From Longimicrobiales bacterium (GTDB taxonomy: Bacteria > Gemmatimonadota > Gemmatimonadetes > Longimicrobiales > Gaopeijiaceae): DNA of 64,000 bases. Numbering within the stretch: position 1 is the stretch's first letter; every line of letters begins with the position of its first letter. The position numbers and the translations under genes are program-made. Under the pieces are notes generated by a model. The model searched no databases, was not told the DNA's origin, and worked only from the letters and a program-made list of their open reading frames with translations. This document shows positions 35,448 to 45,922 of this stretch, piece by piece. The DNA is taken from NCBI GenBank assembly GCA_963422615.1, contig OY730414.1:1782302-1846301 (forward strand), given 5' to 3'.

Positions 35448-38002
35448 CTGGCGGACGAGGGGCGATCCGGAGGCGGGGTCGCGCCATCTTCGGGACCGGG
35501 GTCGTTACGGGCTCGCTGTTGGCGCGAGGACAGGAAGGAAGCCAACAGCATGAAAACGACCGCCACGGCCGACGCGCCGGTGATTCGCAAGGCGCTCCGA
35601 ACCGAAGGGGCCGTAAATCGTAGCGTTACCCGGTGTTCTCCAGCTTCGGGAATCTCCACCGCCTGCAAGGTGAGGTTCACCCGATGTACCGGCACCGATT
35701 CTCCGTTCACTTCCGCGATCCAACCCGGGAACCAGTTCTCGGAAACAACCAAGAGTCCTGGTCCGTCGCTCCGAACTCGCAGCCGTCGGTAGTCCGGTTC
35801 ATTGGCTTCCCACACCACGAGGCCGCCTACCCCGCTCCGCAACGCCTTGGCTTGGGCTGTCGGCGCCAGAATGGCCTCCCGGCCGGGGTTGAAGTCAGGA
35901 GAGAGAATTCGCGCCAGGGCGGAATCGTCGTCCATTGGCACCGCCGTCCCCACGACCCAGGCCCGGTCCAGGCCGGGGTATGCATAGACGGTCTCGGCCC
36001 CGGACGGGGTCCCAGCCGTGCTCAGAACCCGGGCACCGGGGAACGGAGGACCCCCCGCGGTTTCCTCGGGCCACACCAGGTACTTGACGTTCAGCATTCG
36101 AAGGATGTTGGGGTGGCGAGTGTTCGCGCCCAGGCGTCGGCTCCCTTCCAGCCCCAACAACTTGCGGTACCGGGCCAAGTCGTTCGGGTGATGACCCGCA
36201 ACCAAGTCCAGGCCGAACATCGCGAATTCCACGTTCTGGTCGTTTCCCCGCAGGTCGGAGACCCGGAAAGGCGGTTCATTCTCGCGTTGTTCCCCGAGGA
36301 AGCGGGTGTTGGCGGTCGGGGCCGCCCACATGTGAAAATCGAAAGTGCGGATGAATGTCCGGTCGACCCGCCCCAAGTCCACCGCGACCAGCCCGGCCAG
36401 AACGGCCAGGGCGGCAATCACGGGAACCCTGCCCTCAACTACGGCCCAAATCAGGCCCACGGACAGCGCCCCCAAGAGGAGGGCGATCCCGAAGCCCCGG
36501 GTGATCGCGGGGGAAAGGGCGGCAAGGACCGCTGCGCTTCGCGGGCTGGCGTCAGGATATACCAGCGTCATCCATATCCGCTCCAGGAATCCCGAGGATT
36601 GGCAAAGGAATCCCAAGAAGAAGAGCCCGAAGAGTACCAGGAGAGCCCGGCCACGGGCGTCGCGGAAAAACGAGCCGGCGGATCGGCTTCCCCGGACGAG
36701 GTCGTCCACCCCGAAGGCAAAGAGGGTGGTCACGCCGAAGCTGACCAGAAAAGCCGCAACGGCGGGAACCCGGAAGAGGCGAATTCCCGGAACGACCTCG
36801 TAGAAAACCCGCCACACCGGGGTGTGAGCCCCCAGGGCAAAGAGAAGCCAGAGGCCGCCCAGACAGAACATGAACCCCCGAATCCCCCGTTTCCTCCGTC
36901 CGAAAAGGGCGAAAACCGCGAAGACGAGGACGGTGACACCCAGGTACTCATGGTTCAGTTTCAGGGCGTTACGCCCCCAGTAGGTTCCCTGGACTCCGTT
37001 GACCTCTGCCGCACTACTGCCCACGAACTCGGGCACGACCATCCCGAAGACTTCCTCGGGGTGGAGGGACCAGGAGCGGGAGTAGGCGAGGGCTTCCTCG
37101 GGGGAAGCTTCTACGGTGGTTGTCGTTCGTCGGGACGATTCCGCGACGTATCGGGCGGCCGGCAGGAGCTGAAACGCTGCCAGCCCCGCGCCCACGAGCG
37201 CACTTCCCAAAAACAGAGCAAGGGGAAAAACCGCCCGTGCCCCTCCCCGAGCAAACCGCTTGCCCTCGGTTCCGAGGGTCGTGGAACGCCCCCTGAGAAT
37301 CCAGGTCGTTCGGAATACCGCGTAGGCACCCACCGACAAGAAGAGGAAGTACGCCGTCTGAAACTGTGTGGTTAGACACGTCAGGGCCACGGCGCCAGCC
37401 AGGGCCGCCCCGGCGCGGCCGGAAGGCTTGCGAAAGAGGGACTCGACGGCCCAGAAAACCAAGGGAGCCAGGGCAGCCACCATGAGCTTCCCGTCGTTGC
37501 CTGGCAGAACGAGGGTCACGACCACCGGCGCCATCAGCCAAGCCAGGCCGCTCAGCGTAGCCGCGGACCGGCCCAGCCCCAGGCTTCGGGTCCATCCGTA
37601 CATGAAGAAGCCCCCGGCAAGCACGTGCAACACCAGTTTCCATCCGAGAGCCCGATAGGGTTCGCTGATGAAGTAGAGGAGGCTGGTGGGGTAAACGGAG
37701 TCGCCGGCCGCAAGGGCTTCAATGAAGGGAATCCCCCCAAGCAGACGAGGGTTCCAGAGGGGGAAGTCACCCCTCTGCAGCTGTTCGGCGAAGTACGCCC
37801 GGGCCATGTACCCGAGGGCGAAGGAGTCTTCTCCGTAGAGCATTCGGTCGGAGAAGATGAACTCCCCGAAGAGAACCGCGATCGTCAGAAGAAAGATCCC
37901 GGGGGGCAACCACCCCGGCACCCGAAGCGTCCGGGGGGGCGGGGAAGGTCTTGCCCGTCGGTCCGTGATCTTTCTTGCCCTCGGTTTCTTGCGGCTAGCC
38001 AT
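35444..38002 (-). CDS. YfhO-family GT-C glycosyltransferase-like membrane protein
   Basis: PLWNPRLLGGIPF, AFQLLP, EYLG, FRVP and C-terminal LVVSENWFPGW.A.VNG; many TMs. Confidence 0.88.
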   Translation of the reverse strand: MASRKKPRARKITDRRARPSPPPRTLRVPGWLPPGIFLLTIAVLFGEFIFSDRMLYGEDSFALGYMARAYFAEQLQRGDFPLWNPRLLGGIPFIEALAAGDSVYPTSLLYFISEPYRALGWKLVLHVLAGGFFMYGWTRSLGLGRSAATLSGLAWLMAPVVVTLVLPGNDGKLMVAALAPLVFWAVESLFRKPSGRAGAALAGAVALTCLTTQFQTAYFLFLSVGAYAVFRTTWILRGRSTTLGTEGKRFARGGARAVFPLALFLGSALVGAGLAAFQLLPAARYVAESSRRTTTTVEASPEEALAYSRSWSLHPEEVFGMVVPEFVGSSAAEVNGVQGTYWGRNALKLNHEYLGVTVLVFAVFALFGRRKRGIRGFMFCLGGLWLLFALGAHTPVWRVFYEVVPGIRLFRVPAVAAFLVSFGVTTLFAFGVDDLVRGSRSAGSFFRDARGRALLVLFGLFFLGFLCQSSGFLERIWMTLVYPDASPRSAAVLAALSPAITRGFGIALLLGALSVGLIWAVVEGRVPVIAALAVLAGLVAVDLGRVDRTFIRTFDFHMWAAPTANTRFLGEQRENEPPFRVSDLRGNDQNVEFAMFGLDLVAGHHPNDLARYRKLLGLEGSRRLGANTRHPNILRMLNVKYLVWPEETAGGPPFPGARVLSTAGTPSGAETVYAYPGLDRAWVVGTAVPMDDDSALARILSPDFNPGREAILAPTAQAKALRSGVGGLVVWEANEPDYRRLRVRSDGPGLLVVSENWFPGWIAEVNGESVPVHRVNLTLQAVEIPEAGEHRVTLRFTAPSVRSALRITGASAVAVVFMLLASFLSSRQQRARNDPGPEDGATPPPDRPSSAR

Positions 38003-39110
38003 GATTCCTTTCGATAAGTTCCGCGTAGACTTCCAGATGGCGTTCCACCAGCCGGGCGTTGCTCCATCGGCTCACGACCCGCTGCCGAGCGGTGATCCCG
38101 CGCTCTGGAAGGCGCGGGTCGGAAAGAAGACGGAGAACGGTCGCCGCCAGAGCTTCCGGATCCCTCGGCGAAAAGAGTCCCCCGACCGCGTCGTTGACGA
38201 TTTCCGGCAATCCTCCCACCCGGGAAGCGGCGACGGGCAGGCCGCAAGCCATGGACTCCAGCGCCGCCACCGACGTGGCTTCCATGAGAGAGGGAAAGAT
38301 GGCCAAGTCACACGAAGACAGAAGGCCGGGCATCTCTTCGTGAGGCCGGGCTCCGAGAAATGTGATTCGATCCCCCACGCCCAAGTCGCGAGCGAGTCCT
38401 TTGAGTTTTTCTCTCTCGGGCCCATCCCCGATAATCAGCGCATCCACATCAACGGCAGCGGCGAGGGTCGGAAAGGCCCGGACGAAAAACTCAACCCCGT
38501 TCTTGGCGAAGAGCCGTCTGGGAACCACCAAGCGGCGCCGGCCCGATCGGGGCCGGGGGAAGGAGCTGGTTGACGGCTTGAAGATGCCGGTTTCGACACC
38601 GTTGACCAGAACTTCGACTGCAATATCTCTCCCAAGGCCTTCGGCAACGTCGGCTATCTCTTTGCTGGCAGAAAATTTGTGATCACTCTTCTCGATCAGT
38701 TTGGCAAGTCCGGCGCCCATGACCCGTCGAGCGGACAGTCGGAGGAAATGGGACGTGTGGAGGGTCGAGACCAGGGGGGTGCTCGTTCCGGCCAGCGCGA
38801 GAGCGCAAGGGAGGATCGACGGGAATGCCTGGGCGTGCACGATGTCGGCGTCGTCGGTCACGGATCGGGTGCGGCCCGTTGAACCAACCGCATGCGCGAA
38901 CCATCCCCAGGGGGTCCGGGCCGGCAGCCGGGTGCGAAGGATCCGGATTCCCTGGGCAAACTCCTCTGGCGGCAGGCCAGGCCGGGAAAGGGACGTCACC
39001 ACGGTGACCGAATGCCCGCGGTCGGCCAAGCCCTTGCAGAGGTAGTGGACGTGACTCTCCAGGCCTCCCACTTCAGGCGGATAGTACACGCAGTGGATCA
39101 CCACCTTCAT
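37995..39110 (-). CDS. Glycosyltransferase family 4
   Basis: YPPEVGGLE, NGVE, IGDGPER and PSLMEATSVAALESMACGLPVAASRVGGLPEIV motifs. Confidence 0.92.
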   Translation of the reverse strand: MKVVIHCVYYPPEVGGLESHVHYLCKGLADRGHSVTVVTSLSRPGLPPEEFAQGIRILRTRLPARTPWGWFAHAVGSTGRTRSVTDDADIVHAQAFPSILPCALALAGTSTPLVSTLHTSHFLRLSARRVMGAGLAKLIEKSDHKFSASKEIADVAEGLGRDIAVEVLVNGVETGIFKPSTSSFPRPRSGRRRLVVPRRLFAKNGVEFFVRAFPTLAAAVDVDALIIGDGPEREKLKGLARDLGVGDRITFLGARPHEEMPGLLSSCDLAIFPSLMEATSVAALESMACGLPVAASRVGGLPEIVNDAVGGLFSPRDPEALAATVLRLLSDPRLPERGITARQRVVSRWSNARLVERHLEVYAELIERNHG

Positions 39111-40297
39111 GGACCGGTCCAATCTTCCAACTCTCTGGGCGCGCCAGTCAGACCGGCAAGGAGGATGTCGGCGATGCGATCCCCGGCCCGACCGTCCCCG
39201 TACGGATTTTCGGTTGGGATTTGAGGAACGTCTCCGGACAGGTGTCTCGAGGCTTCTGCCAGAATTCGGGCCGGTTGGGTGCCCACCAACGTGGCGGCGC
39301 CGGCTCGCACGGCCTCCGGACGCTCGGTCACGTCCCGCAAGACCAGCGTGTGGACCCCGAAAGCCGGGGCCTCTTCCTGGATGCCGCCGGAGTCCGTCAG
39401 GACGAGGGACCCGTGGCGGAGCGCCGCCAGGAGGTCCCCGTAGCCGAGCGGCTCCACAAGGTGAATCCTGGCCCGAGACCCCAGAATCCGATCTGCCGGA
39501 AATCGCACTTGGGGGTTGGGGTGGACGGGGCAGAGAACCTCGACGTCCGGGAACCGCTCCACCAACCGAGCAACGGCCCCGAACACCCCTTCCAGCGGGG
39601 GACCGAAGGACTCGCGTCGATGAGCCGTGAGGAGAACCAGGCGCCGGCCGGAGCCGATCAAGCGGGCAAGGCGTGGGTTCTTCACCGGAAATGGCCGGGC
39701 GCTCATTTCGTGCAGTGCATCCACCACCGTATTGCCGGTAACAAAGATCCGGGTATCGGAGACCCCTTCCCGCTTCAGGTTGTCCGCTGCCGACCGGGTC
39801 GGCGCAAAACAGAAGTCGGAGACGGTGTCGGTCATGCGGCGGAGCATCTCTTCCGGGAAGGGAGACCACTTCTCGTGGCTTCGCAGACCGGCTTCCACGT
39901 GGGCGAGCCGACCGCGCTGGAAAAACGTGACGACGGCGGCGAAGAACACCGTCGCCGTATCCCCCTGAACGATCGTCACATGGGGCGCGAAATCGGCGGC
40001 GATCTCCCGCAGGCCGTCCAGGCAGGCGTGGCCGATGTCGTAGAGGCTCTGCCCCTGGGTCATCAGCTCCAGATCGTAGTCCGGCTCGAGGTCGAAATCG
40101 GCCAGCACCTGGTCGGTCATTTCGGTGTGCTGCCCGGTGACCACGAGGCGTTGGTCGCTCCCTCCCCTGGCTTCCAGCGCGCGGATTACCGGCGCCATCT
40201 TGATCGCCTCCGGCCTGGTGCCGATGACGGAGAGAATTCTGGGAGAAGAAAGAACCGGAGTCGGTTCCTCACGCTCCCGCAGGCCGGGCATATGCAA
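39107..40297 (-). CDS. wecB: UDP-N-acetylglucosamine 2-epimerase (non-hydrolysing)
   Basis: GTRPEAIKMAP, TGQH, VQGDT, HVEAGLRS, PFPEE, TGNTVVDA, HRRE, TDSGGIQEE and TERPE motifs. Confidence 0.96.
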   Translation of the reverse strand: MHMPGLREREEPTPVLSSPRILSVIGTRPEAIKMAPVIRALEARGGSDQRLVVTGQHTEMTDQVLADFDLEPDYDLELMTQGQSLYDIGHACLDGLREIAADFAPHVTIVQGDTATVFFAAVVTFFQRGRLAHVEAGLRSHEKWSPFPEEMLRRMTDTVSDFCFAPTRSAADNLKREGVSDTRIFVTGNTVVDALHEMSARPFPVKNPRLARLIGSGRRLVLLTAHRRESFGPPLEGVFGAVARLVERFPDVEVLCPVHPNPQVRFPADRILGSRARIHLVEPLGYGDLLAALRHGSLVLTDSGGIQEEAPAFGVHTLVLRDVTERPEAVRAGAATLVGTQPARILAEASRHLSGDVPQIPTENPYGDGRAGDRIADILLAGLTGAPRELEDWTGP

Positions 40298-41254
40298 TCA
40301 CTCCGTTGGACCCGAGCCGTGCTTGCGAAGCGCATCCAGCTCGTCGCGAACCCCGGCAATCATCTCCGCCAGGAATCCGGCCAGGAAACAGAGAGCACCG
40401 ACGGTGATCAGCAGTATGACCAGATAGAGGAGCGGACGAAAGCCTTGGCCCAGCCCGTAACGGGCGTAGAGGGCGGCGACCCCCAGCAGCACTCCGGAAC
40501 CGACGAGGAGCAGGCCCGGAACCCCGAAGGCCAACATGGGCTTGCGCGAGAACCGGATCTGAAACCAAACGGAGGCCAAGTCCAGGAACCCGCCCAGGAC
40601 TCGGCTTGCGCGAGAGTACTTGGGGTCTCCAGACCTTCTAGGGTACAGGGCAATGTTGATCTCCGTGACGCTGAAGCCCTTCATGTGGGCCATGACCACA
40701 AAGAACCGGTGCCAGTCGTGGCGGAGGTGTAGAGTGCCAAGAATGTCCGCCCGGAACGCCTTCATGGAGTTCAGGTCGTTGACCGGAACATCAAAGATGC
40801 GACGGCTCAGGGCGTTGTAGATCGAAGAGACGACTCGTTTGTCGTAGGCCCCGATTTTCCGGCCCGTGACGACGTCCCATCCCTCGTTCAGTTTATCCAG
40901 GAAGCGCGGGATTTCCTCGGGCAAATGCTGAAGGTCGGCGTCAAAGAGAACGAGGTACTTCCGGTCGGTGGCTCGGGCCGCCGTGAGCAGGGCTTCTGTC
41001 TTGCCCCTGTTGGCTCTGTGACGGAGGACCCTCAAGGGCTCCCAGTCCGCTCCCTCGGATTCGGCCAATGCCCCCGTGCCATCCGTTGAGCCGTCGTCAA
41101 CGATGATGACTTCTCCGGAAAGGCCGTGGACATCGAACGCGGTCCGGAGCTCCCCGACCAGATCCGGGATGTTGGAGGCTTCGTCGTAGGCGGGAACCAC
41201 CACGGCGAAGTCGTCGTAGGCGGTTCGTTCAAGCAGATTGGCCAATGGAAACAT
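40298..41254 (-). CDS. ArnC/GtrB-like undecaprenyl-phosphate glycosyltransferase (GT2, two C-terminal TMs)
   Basis: VVPAYDE, VDDGSTDGT, FDADLQH, HRF and two C-terminal hydrophobic helices. Confidence 0.88.
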   Translation of the reverse strand: MFPLANLLERTAYDDFAVVVPAYDEASNIPDLVGELRTAFDVHGLSGEVIIVDDGSTDGTGALAESEGADWEPLRVLRHRANRGKTEALLTAARATDRKYLVLFDADLQHLPEEIPRFLDKLNEGWDVVTGRKIGAYDKRVVSSIYNALSRRIFDVPVNDLNSMKAFRADILGTLHLRHDWHRFFVVMAHMKGFSVTEINIALYPRRSGDPKYSRASRVLGGFLDLASVWFQIRFSRKPMLAFGVPGLLLVGSGVLLGVAALYARYGLGQGFRPLLYLVILLITVGALCFLAGFLAEMIAGVRDELDALRKHGSGPTE

Positions 41255-41297
41255 CCCCGGGAGCGTGTCCGTTCGACCCGCGCACGGATTGCGCGAG

Positions 41298-42809
41298 CTA
41301 GAAGCGTTTTCGCATCCTCGCCGGAACAATCCCCAGGTGGTCCCGGTACTTTGCCACCGTGCGGCGAGCAATCTTTACGCCATCGCTCTTTAGAAGGTTC
41401 ACGATCGCTCGGTCCGTCAAGGGGTTCCGAGAATCCTCGTCATCTACCAAGTTCTTGATTCTGGCGCGTACGCCCCGAGAGGAGACATCCCTTCCCATGA
41501 CCGTGGGGAGACCACTGGAGAAGAAGTACTTGAGAGGAAACATCCCGGTGGGCGTCTGCACGTACTTCCCGGCGGTGACGCGGGAAACCGTGGATTCGGC
41601 TGTACCGATGTGTTCCGCGACCTCTCGAAGGGTCAAGGGCTTGAGATGCTGAACCCCCTTGTCGAAGAAGTTCGCCTGGCGGTCCACGATGAACCGCATG
41701 ACCGATAGCATGGTCTGGCGGCGCTGCTCCATGACTTGGATCAACCAGCTCGCTGCGTTCAGTTTTTGGGAAATGAACTCCTTGTTCCGCCCGGTAAAGC
41801 TTCCCCTGTCGGCGGCCACCTCCCGGTAGGAGCGAGAGAGCCGCAATCTCGGCACACTGGTGTCATTGACGAAGACCATGTATTCCCCGCCGACTCGTTC
41901 CAGGATCAGATCCGGGACGACGTAAGGGTCGGGGTCTGCGGCGTACTTGCGCCCCGGCCTGAGGTCCAGCTTGGCAATTTCGTCGGCAATCTTCTGAATC
42001 TCCCGAAGCGTGACCTCCAGAATTCGAGAGAGCTCCGTCCAGCGACGGTTGAGGAAGGCGTCGAAGTGAGCGCTGGCAATCCGATAGGCCAGCGTATCTT
42101 CCCTACCCTCTTGCTTCAGCTGAATCCGGAGGCACTCCCCAAGCGTCCGGGCCCCGACCCCGGTCGGGTCCAGCCCTTGGACCACCTGGAGCACGGCCTC
42201 CACCTCCTCGACACTGTAGGGGGCAAAGAGCCACGCCAGCTCCTTGAGCTCGGCTTCCCGCGCATCGTCGTCTTCGATCTCCCGGGCCTGCTCCAACCAG
42301 ATCTTGCGGATTTCTTCGGTAAGTCCGTCAAGACTCCGGGTGATCTCCTTGACGGAACAGCCAAGGAACCCGTCGTCGTCGATATTTCCGATGATCTCGT
42401 CCGCAACTCGAAGCTGGCGCTGATCCAGGCGGAGGAGGCGGATCTGCTCTTCCAGATGATCATGGAGCCCGAGGGACTCAACGGCCGTGGGCTGAAACGG
42501 TTCCGTGGGGTCGTAGCGTTGCCGGGATCCGCCTACATCGAAACCGTCCAGCAGGATTTCTTCCCAGTCAACCTCGTCTTCCGCGTCCTCCGAATCGTCC
42601 CGGCCCTCTTCGTCAAGCGGGAGATCATCTTCGTTGTCGGCCTCGGACAACTCGAGGAAGGGGTTTTCGGAGAGCTCCTGTTCCAGGTGGACCTGAAGAT
42701 CCAGCAGAGGCATGTGGAGCAACTCCATCGCCCGATACAGGCGTGGATTGGTCCTGACTTCCGGCCGTTGCTCGGGGCCTTGGTACAGGCCGCGTTCGGT
42801 TCTGCTCAA
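41298..42809 (-). CDS. rpoN: RNA polymerase sigma-54 factor
   Basis: MELL..P..L..ELSENPFLE, IIGNIDDDG, LDPTGVGAR, LKPLTLREVA, ESTVSRV and RpoN box IARRTVAKYR. Confidence 0.98.
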   Translation of the reverse strand: MSRTERGLYQGPEQRPEVRTNPRLYRAMELLHMPLLDLQVHLEQELSENPFLELSEADNEDDLPLDEEGRDDSEDAEDEVDWEEILLDGFDVGGSRQRYDPTEPFQPTAVESLGLHDHLEEQIRLLRLDQRQLRVADEIIGNIDDDGFLGCSVKEITRSLDGLTEEIRKIWLEQAREIEDDDAREAELKELAWLFAPYSVEEVEAVLQVVQGLDPTGVGARTLGECLRIQLKQEGREDTLAYRIASAHFDAFLNRRWTELSRILEVTLREIQKIADEIAKLDLRPGRKYAADPDPYVVPDLILERVGGEYMVFVNDTSVPRLRLSRSYREVAADRGSFTGRNKEFISQKLNAASWLIQVMEQRRQTMLSVMRFIVDRQANFFDKGVQHLKPLTLREVAEHIGTAESTVSRVTAGKYVQTPTGMFPLKYFFSSGLPTVMGRDVSSRGVRARIKNLVDDEDSRNPLTDRAIVNLLKSDGVKIARRTVAKYRDHLGIVPARMRKRF

Positions 42810-42816
42810 GGGAGAG

Positions 42817-43584
42817 TCAGGTTTCCGGGTGGGGGAACCTTGCTCTCATTCGAGACGTCAGAGATGGCCCCAGGTAGAGTGCGGCCACCTCATCGTCCCA
42901 CACGAGTTCCGGAACCGTCCCGCCGATCCGTATTCGGCCCTCGTACATGATGTAGGCCCGGTCCACGATCTCCAGGGTCTGTTCCACGTTGTGATCGGAG
43001 ATGATCACCCCGATGTCCCGGGTTCTGAGCTGGGAGACGATCTCCTGAATGTCGTGCAAGGCGATGGGATCAATGCCGGCGAACGGCTCGTCCAGCAACA
43101 TGAACTTGGGCCGCTGCACCAGAGCCCGCGTGATTTCCAGACGTCGGCGTTCGCCTCCCGAAAGCGAATACGCCTTGGCGTTGCGCAGGTGACCGATGGA
43201 AAGCTCGGCCAGAAGCGCTTCAAGTCGTTGGGCTCGCTCCTTCCGGGTAAGGTCCAGGGTCTCCAGAATGGCCATGACGTTCTGGGCAACCGTAAGCCTG
43301 CGGAACACGGAAGGTTCTTGAGCCAGGTAGCCGACGCCCATCCGGGCCCGCTTGTACATGGGAACCGGCGTCAACTCGGCGTCATCCAGGAATACCCTGC
43401 CCTCGTCGGGCGAAATCAACCCGACCAACATGTAGAACGTGGTGGTCTTCCCCGCTCCGTTGGGTCCCAGGAGCCCCACGATTTGTCGTTGTCCGACCAC
43501 GATATCAACGTCCGAAACGACCCGCCGCTTCTTGTAGATCTTGGTCAGGCCCTCCCCCCGCAGGACCGAAGACGGAGCGATCAT
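42817..43584 (-). CDS. lptB: LPS export ABC transporter ATP-binding protein
   Basis: [38 protein letters not shown] and SDHNV motifs; upstream of rpoN. Confidence 0.97.
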   Translation of the reverse strand: MIAPSSVLRGEGLTKIYKKRRVVSDVDIVVGQRQIVGLLGPNGAGKTTTFYMLVGLISPDEGRVFLDDAELTPVPMYKRARMGVGYLAQEPSVFRRLTVAQNVMAILETLDLTRKERAQRLEALLAELSIGHLRNAKAYSLSGGERRRLEITRALVQRPKFMLLDEPFAGIDPIALHDIQEIVSQLRTRDIGVIISDHNVEQTLEIVDRAYIMYEGRIRIGGTVPELVWDDEVAALYLGPSLTSRMRARFPHPET

Positions 43585-45350
43585 TTCGATTCGCCCTTCC
43601 CCGGAAGGGACGGCCGACGGGAGCTCCGCGGCGGAGAGGAAGTATCGGTGGGCGTCGCCGTCGAATCTGCATCGGCCACCGTGGAGTCCGCAGGAATCGC
43701 CGGCGGCAGCGGCTCGAAGTGGTACCCCATCGTCTGGCCCTCAACCTCCATCAGGGTCACCTCGCCCGCGTCCAGATATACCGTAATCTCCTCCCCTGCG
43801 ACGAGGTGCAGGGCAAGCGGCCCGACCGGTTCCCCGGGGGTCGTATCCGACGGCGGAAGCCTATAAAGGCTACGGGCGTTCCCCGTCGACGTGAGGGATT
43901 CCAAGCGAGAGCCATTCACTGATGCGGCGACTTCACCGCTCTCCGGATTCGGAGGCAGGAAGCGGGCAACGATGGTCTCGCCCTCCATCCAGTCCTTTCT
44001 GGCGATTTCCGGAATGATTTCGGCGTCCAAAGAATCCTCCGGCGTCTCGCCGGCAGGCGTCCGAACGGCTTCCGCGCGGGCGGAACCCACCGCGGCAACC
44101 AACTCGAGAACTTGGCCGGGCGACAGAACATCGATGGAATCGGCCATGAGACCAAAGTTGTCCGCCAGGACCGAGGGCTGCCGAGACAGAGAATACGCCG
44201 CTGGCTCCAGGGCACCAGTTTCCCGGGATTGCGACTGCAATCTCCGAACGCGATCCAGGTCGGCGGGGGTGAGCCCCAGCCCGAGGGAATCCCCGGACGG
44301 ATCTCGATTCACGCCGGGCAGCTCCGGAATTTCGCGAACGCCGACCAAACGAGCCGCCTGGCCGTCCTTCAGAAACACGCGGATGGCGGGGGCCCGCATC
44401 ACGATCGTGCTGCCAACAAGATCCGCATCCCCCCGAGCCAGGATTTCCTCGTCGCGGCCCGTGGAGGGCAAGACGGCGATGTGTCGAGCGGTCAGGACAA
44501 AGCGGCGATCTTCGACCCGGGGGTTACCAACCAGGGACATGTTGCCTGTCTCTTGGTCGAACTCCAGAGAATCTCCTACGGCGCGGAGGGAATCCCGGGT
44601 GATCACCACGCCTCCGCGAGCTCGAAAATACTTGCGACCGTCGACAATGAACCGCTCGGCGTCGATCTCGTATGGCGCCGGGGGGACGGAGTCCGGGGAG
44701 GCCGGTTCGCCCTCAATACTGCCCGGGACACCGGCTTCCGCCCCCGAGTCCGACGGCGACGCGTCTTCCCCCTCCCCCTGGGATTCCGGTGTCTCCCCTC
44801 GGTAAACCGGGTAGACCGTTGCCCGAGGGTCGCCTTGATAGACGATCATCCGGTCCAGGAGCCGGAATTCCGAAGCTCGGTTGAAGACCAGCTGTTCCCC
44901 CCGGATCACGGTGCCGTTTCTTCGGTCCGTTACCTTCACATTCCCCGACGCGCGCAGTTCCCGGTCGTCGCTCAGGTAATCGGCCCGATCGGCTTCGAGT
45001 TCGGTACCCAGGTCCCAGAAGTGGACATCTCCGAACAGCTGAAGCAGGTTGCTGGATTCGAAGACGACGGCTGAATCAGCCAGGAAACTCGCGCCGTCGC
45101 CGCACCGATAATCGACGCCCCCCGAAGCGTGGTGCCGGTAATACAGAGAATCGACGCGCATGCTGTAGGAGTAGCCACCCACTTGTTGGAGTCCGCAGCC
45201 GGCGGACTGCCTGGCCAGGGCCACCTCCGGGAAGAGTAGGACGGCCAGGGCCAAGATCGGGAGCCTTCCCAACCGGGAAAGAGATTTCCTCCCCGGACAC
45301 GTCCCCCGGGGCGTCTTCCGGCCCCAACCCTCCCTTCCCGGAAACCTCAT
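43581..45350 (-). CDS. Extended OstA/LptA-like beta-jellyroll protein
   Basis: Repeated ADS/GNV-type jellyroll strands; located between lptC and lptB. Confidence 0.75.
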   Translation of the reverse strand: MRFPGREGWGRKTPRGTCPGRKSLSRLGRLPILALAVLLFPEVALARQSAGCGLQQVGGYSYSMRVDSLYYRHHASGGVDYRCGDGASFLADSAVVFESSNLLQLFGDVHFWDLGTELEADRADYLSDDRELRASGNVKVTDRRNGTVIRGEQLVFNRASEFRLLDRMIVYQGDPRATVYPVYRGETPESQGEGEDASPSDSGAEAGVPGSIEGEPASPDSVPPAPYEIDAERFIVDGRKYFRARGGVVITRDSLRAVGDSLEFDQETGNMSLVGNPRVEDRRFVLTARHIAVLPSTGRDEEILARGDADLVGSTIVMRAPAIRVFLKDGQAARLVGVREIPELPGVNRDPSGDSLGLGLTPADLDRVRRLQSQSRETGALEPAAYSLSRQPSVLADNFGLMADSIDVLSPGQVLELVAAVGSARAEAVRTPAGETPEDSLDAEIIPEIARKDWMEGETIVARFLPPNPESGEVAASVNGSRLESLTSTGNARSLYRLPPSDTTPGEPVGPLALHLVAGEEITVYLDAGEVTLMEVEGQTMGYHFEPLPPAIPADSTVADADSTATPTDTSSPPRSSRRPSLPGKGESK

Positions 45351-45922
45351 CTAGAAGCGCATCCACTTCCCTGGGATCCCGTCTCCCGCGTGCCCCAGAT
45401 CGTCACGTTCTCGAAAGACATATCGGCTTGGAATCGATCTCCTTCGACGGTGCACCCACCTTCCTTTACGACCACGGCCGAGTCCGTCCAGATCCGGTCC
45501 GCGCTGGGCGCGAAAATCAACTCCTTGCTCCGGATCTCCCGGTCTTGCTCCGGAATGACGAGGATCGCGTTCCCCGACGCCCACAGTTCATCGGTAGGTT
45601 GGCTCAACCTTCCCGAATCCGCCGTGATTTCGGCCCTCCTCATGCCCCGTTCATCGAAAATCAGGAGTGTGAGTCCGGCAATCTTTGCGTGAGTCGAGTC
45701 GTTCCACATGAACATGCTGTCGGCCCGCAACAAGGCTTCCCGGATCCCCTCTCGCGAAATGTTCCGCCTGACTTCGTAGGTGATGTGGTCGGCGTCAACG
45801 GCCGCCAGTTCCGTCGGGGCCGCTTCGTCGGAAGCGTTCGTACACGCCGAGAACGCCCCCGTCAGCGCCGGGAGCATCCGAAGGGCAAGGGTCGACCCAA
45901 AGGGTCGGCGCGAGGGTGGCAT
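45347..45922 (-). CDS. lptC: LPS export periplasmic protein LptC
   Basis: LRADS, ITADSG, ASGNA and IWTDSAV motifs; lipobox-like FSAC; synteny. Confidence 0.8.
   Translation of the reverse strand: MPPSRRPFGSTLALRMLPALTGAFSACTNASDEAAPTELAAVDADHITYEVRRNISREGIREALLRADSMFMWNDSTHAKIAGLTLLIFDERGMRRAEITADSGRLSQPTDELWASGNAILVIPEQDREIRSKELIFAPSADRIWTDSAVVVKEGGCTVEGDRFQADMSFENVTIWGTRETGSQGSGCASR

Noticed and set aside
37995..39869. 624-aa GT4, 447-aa PlsC (32367-33710) and 399-aa channel (18099-19298) as fusion proteins
   Set aside because: The N-terminal extensions are alternate-frame read-through of upstream genes; the real starts are downstream
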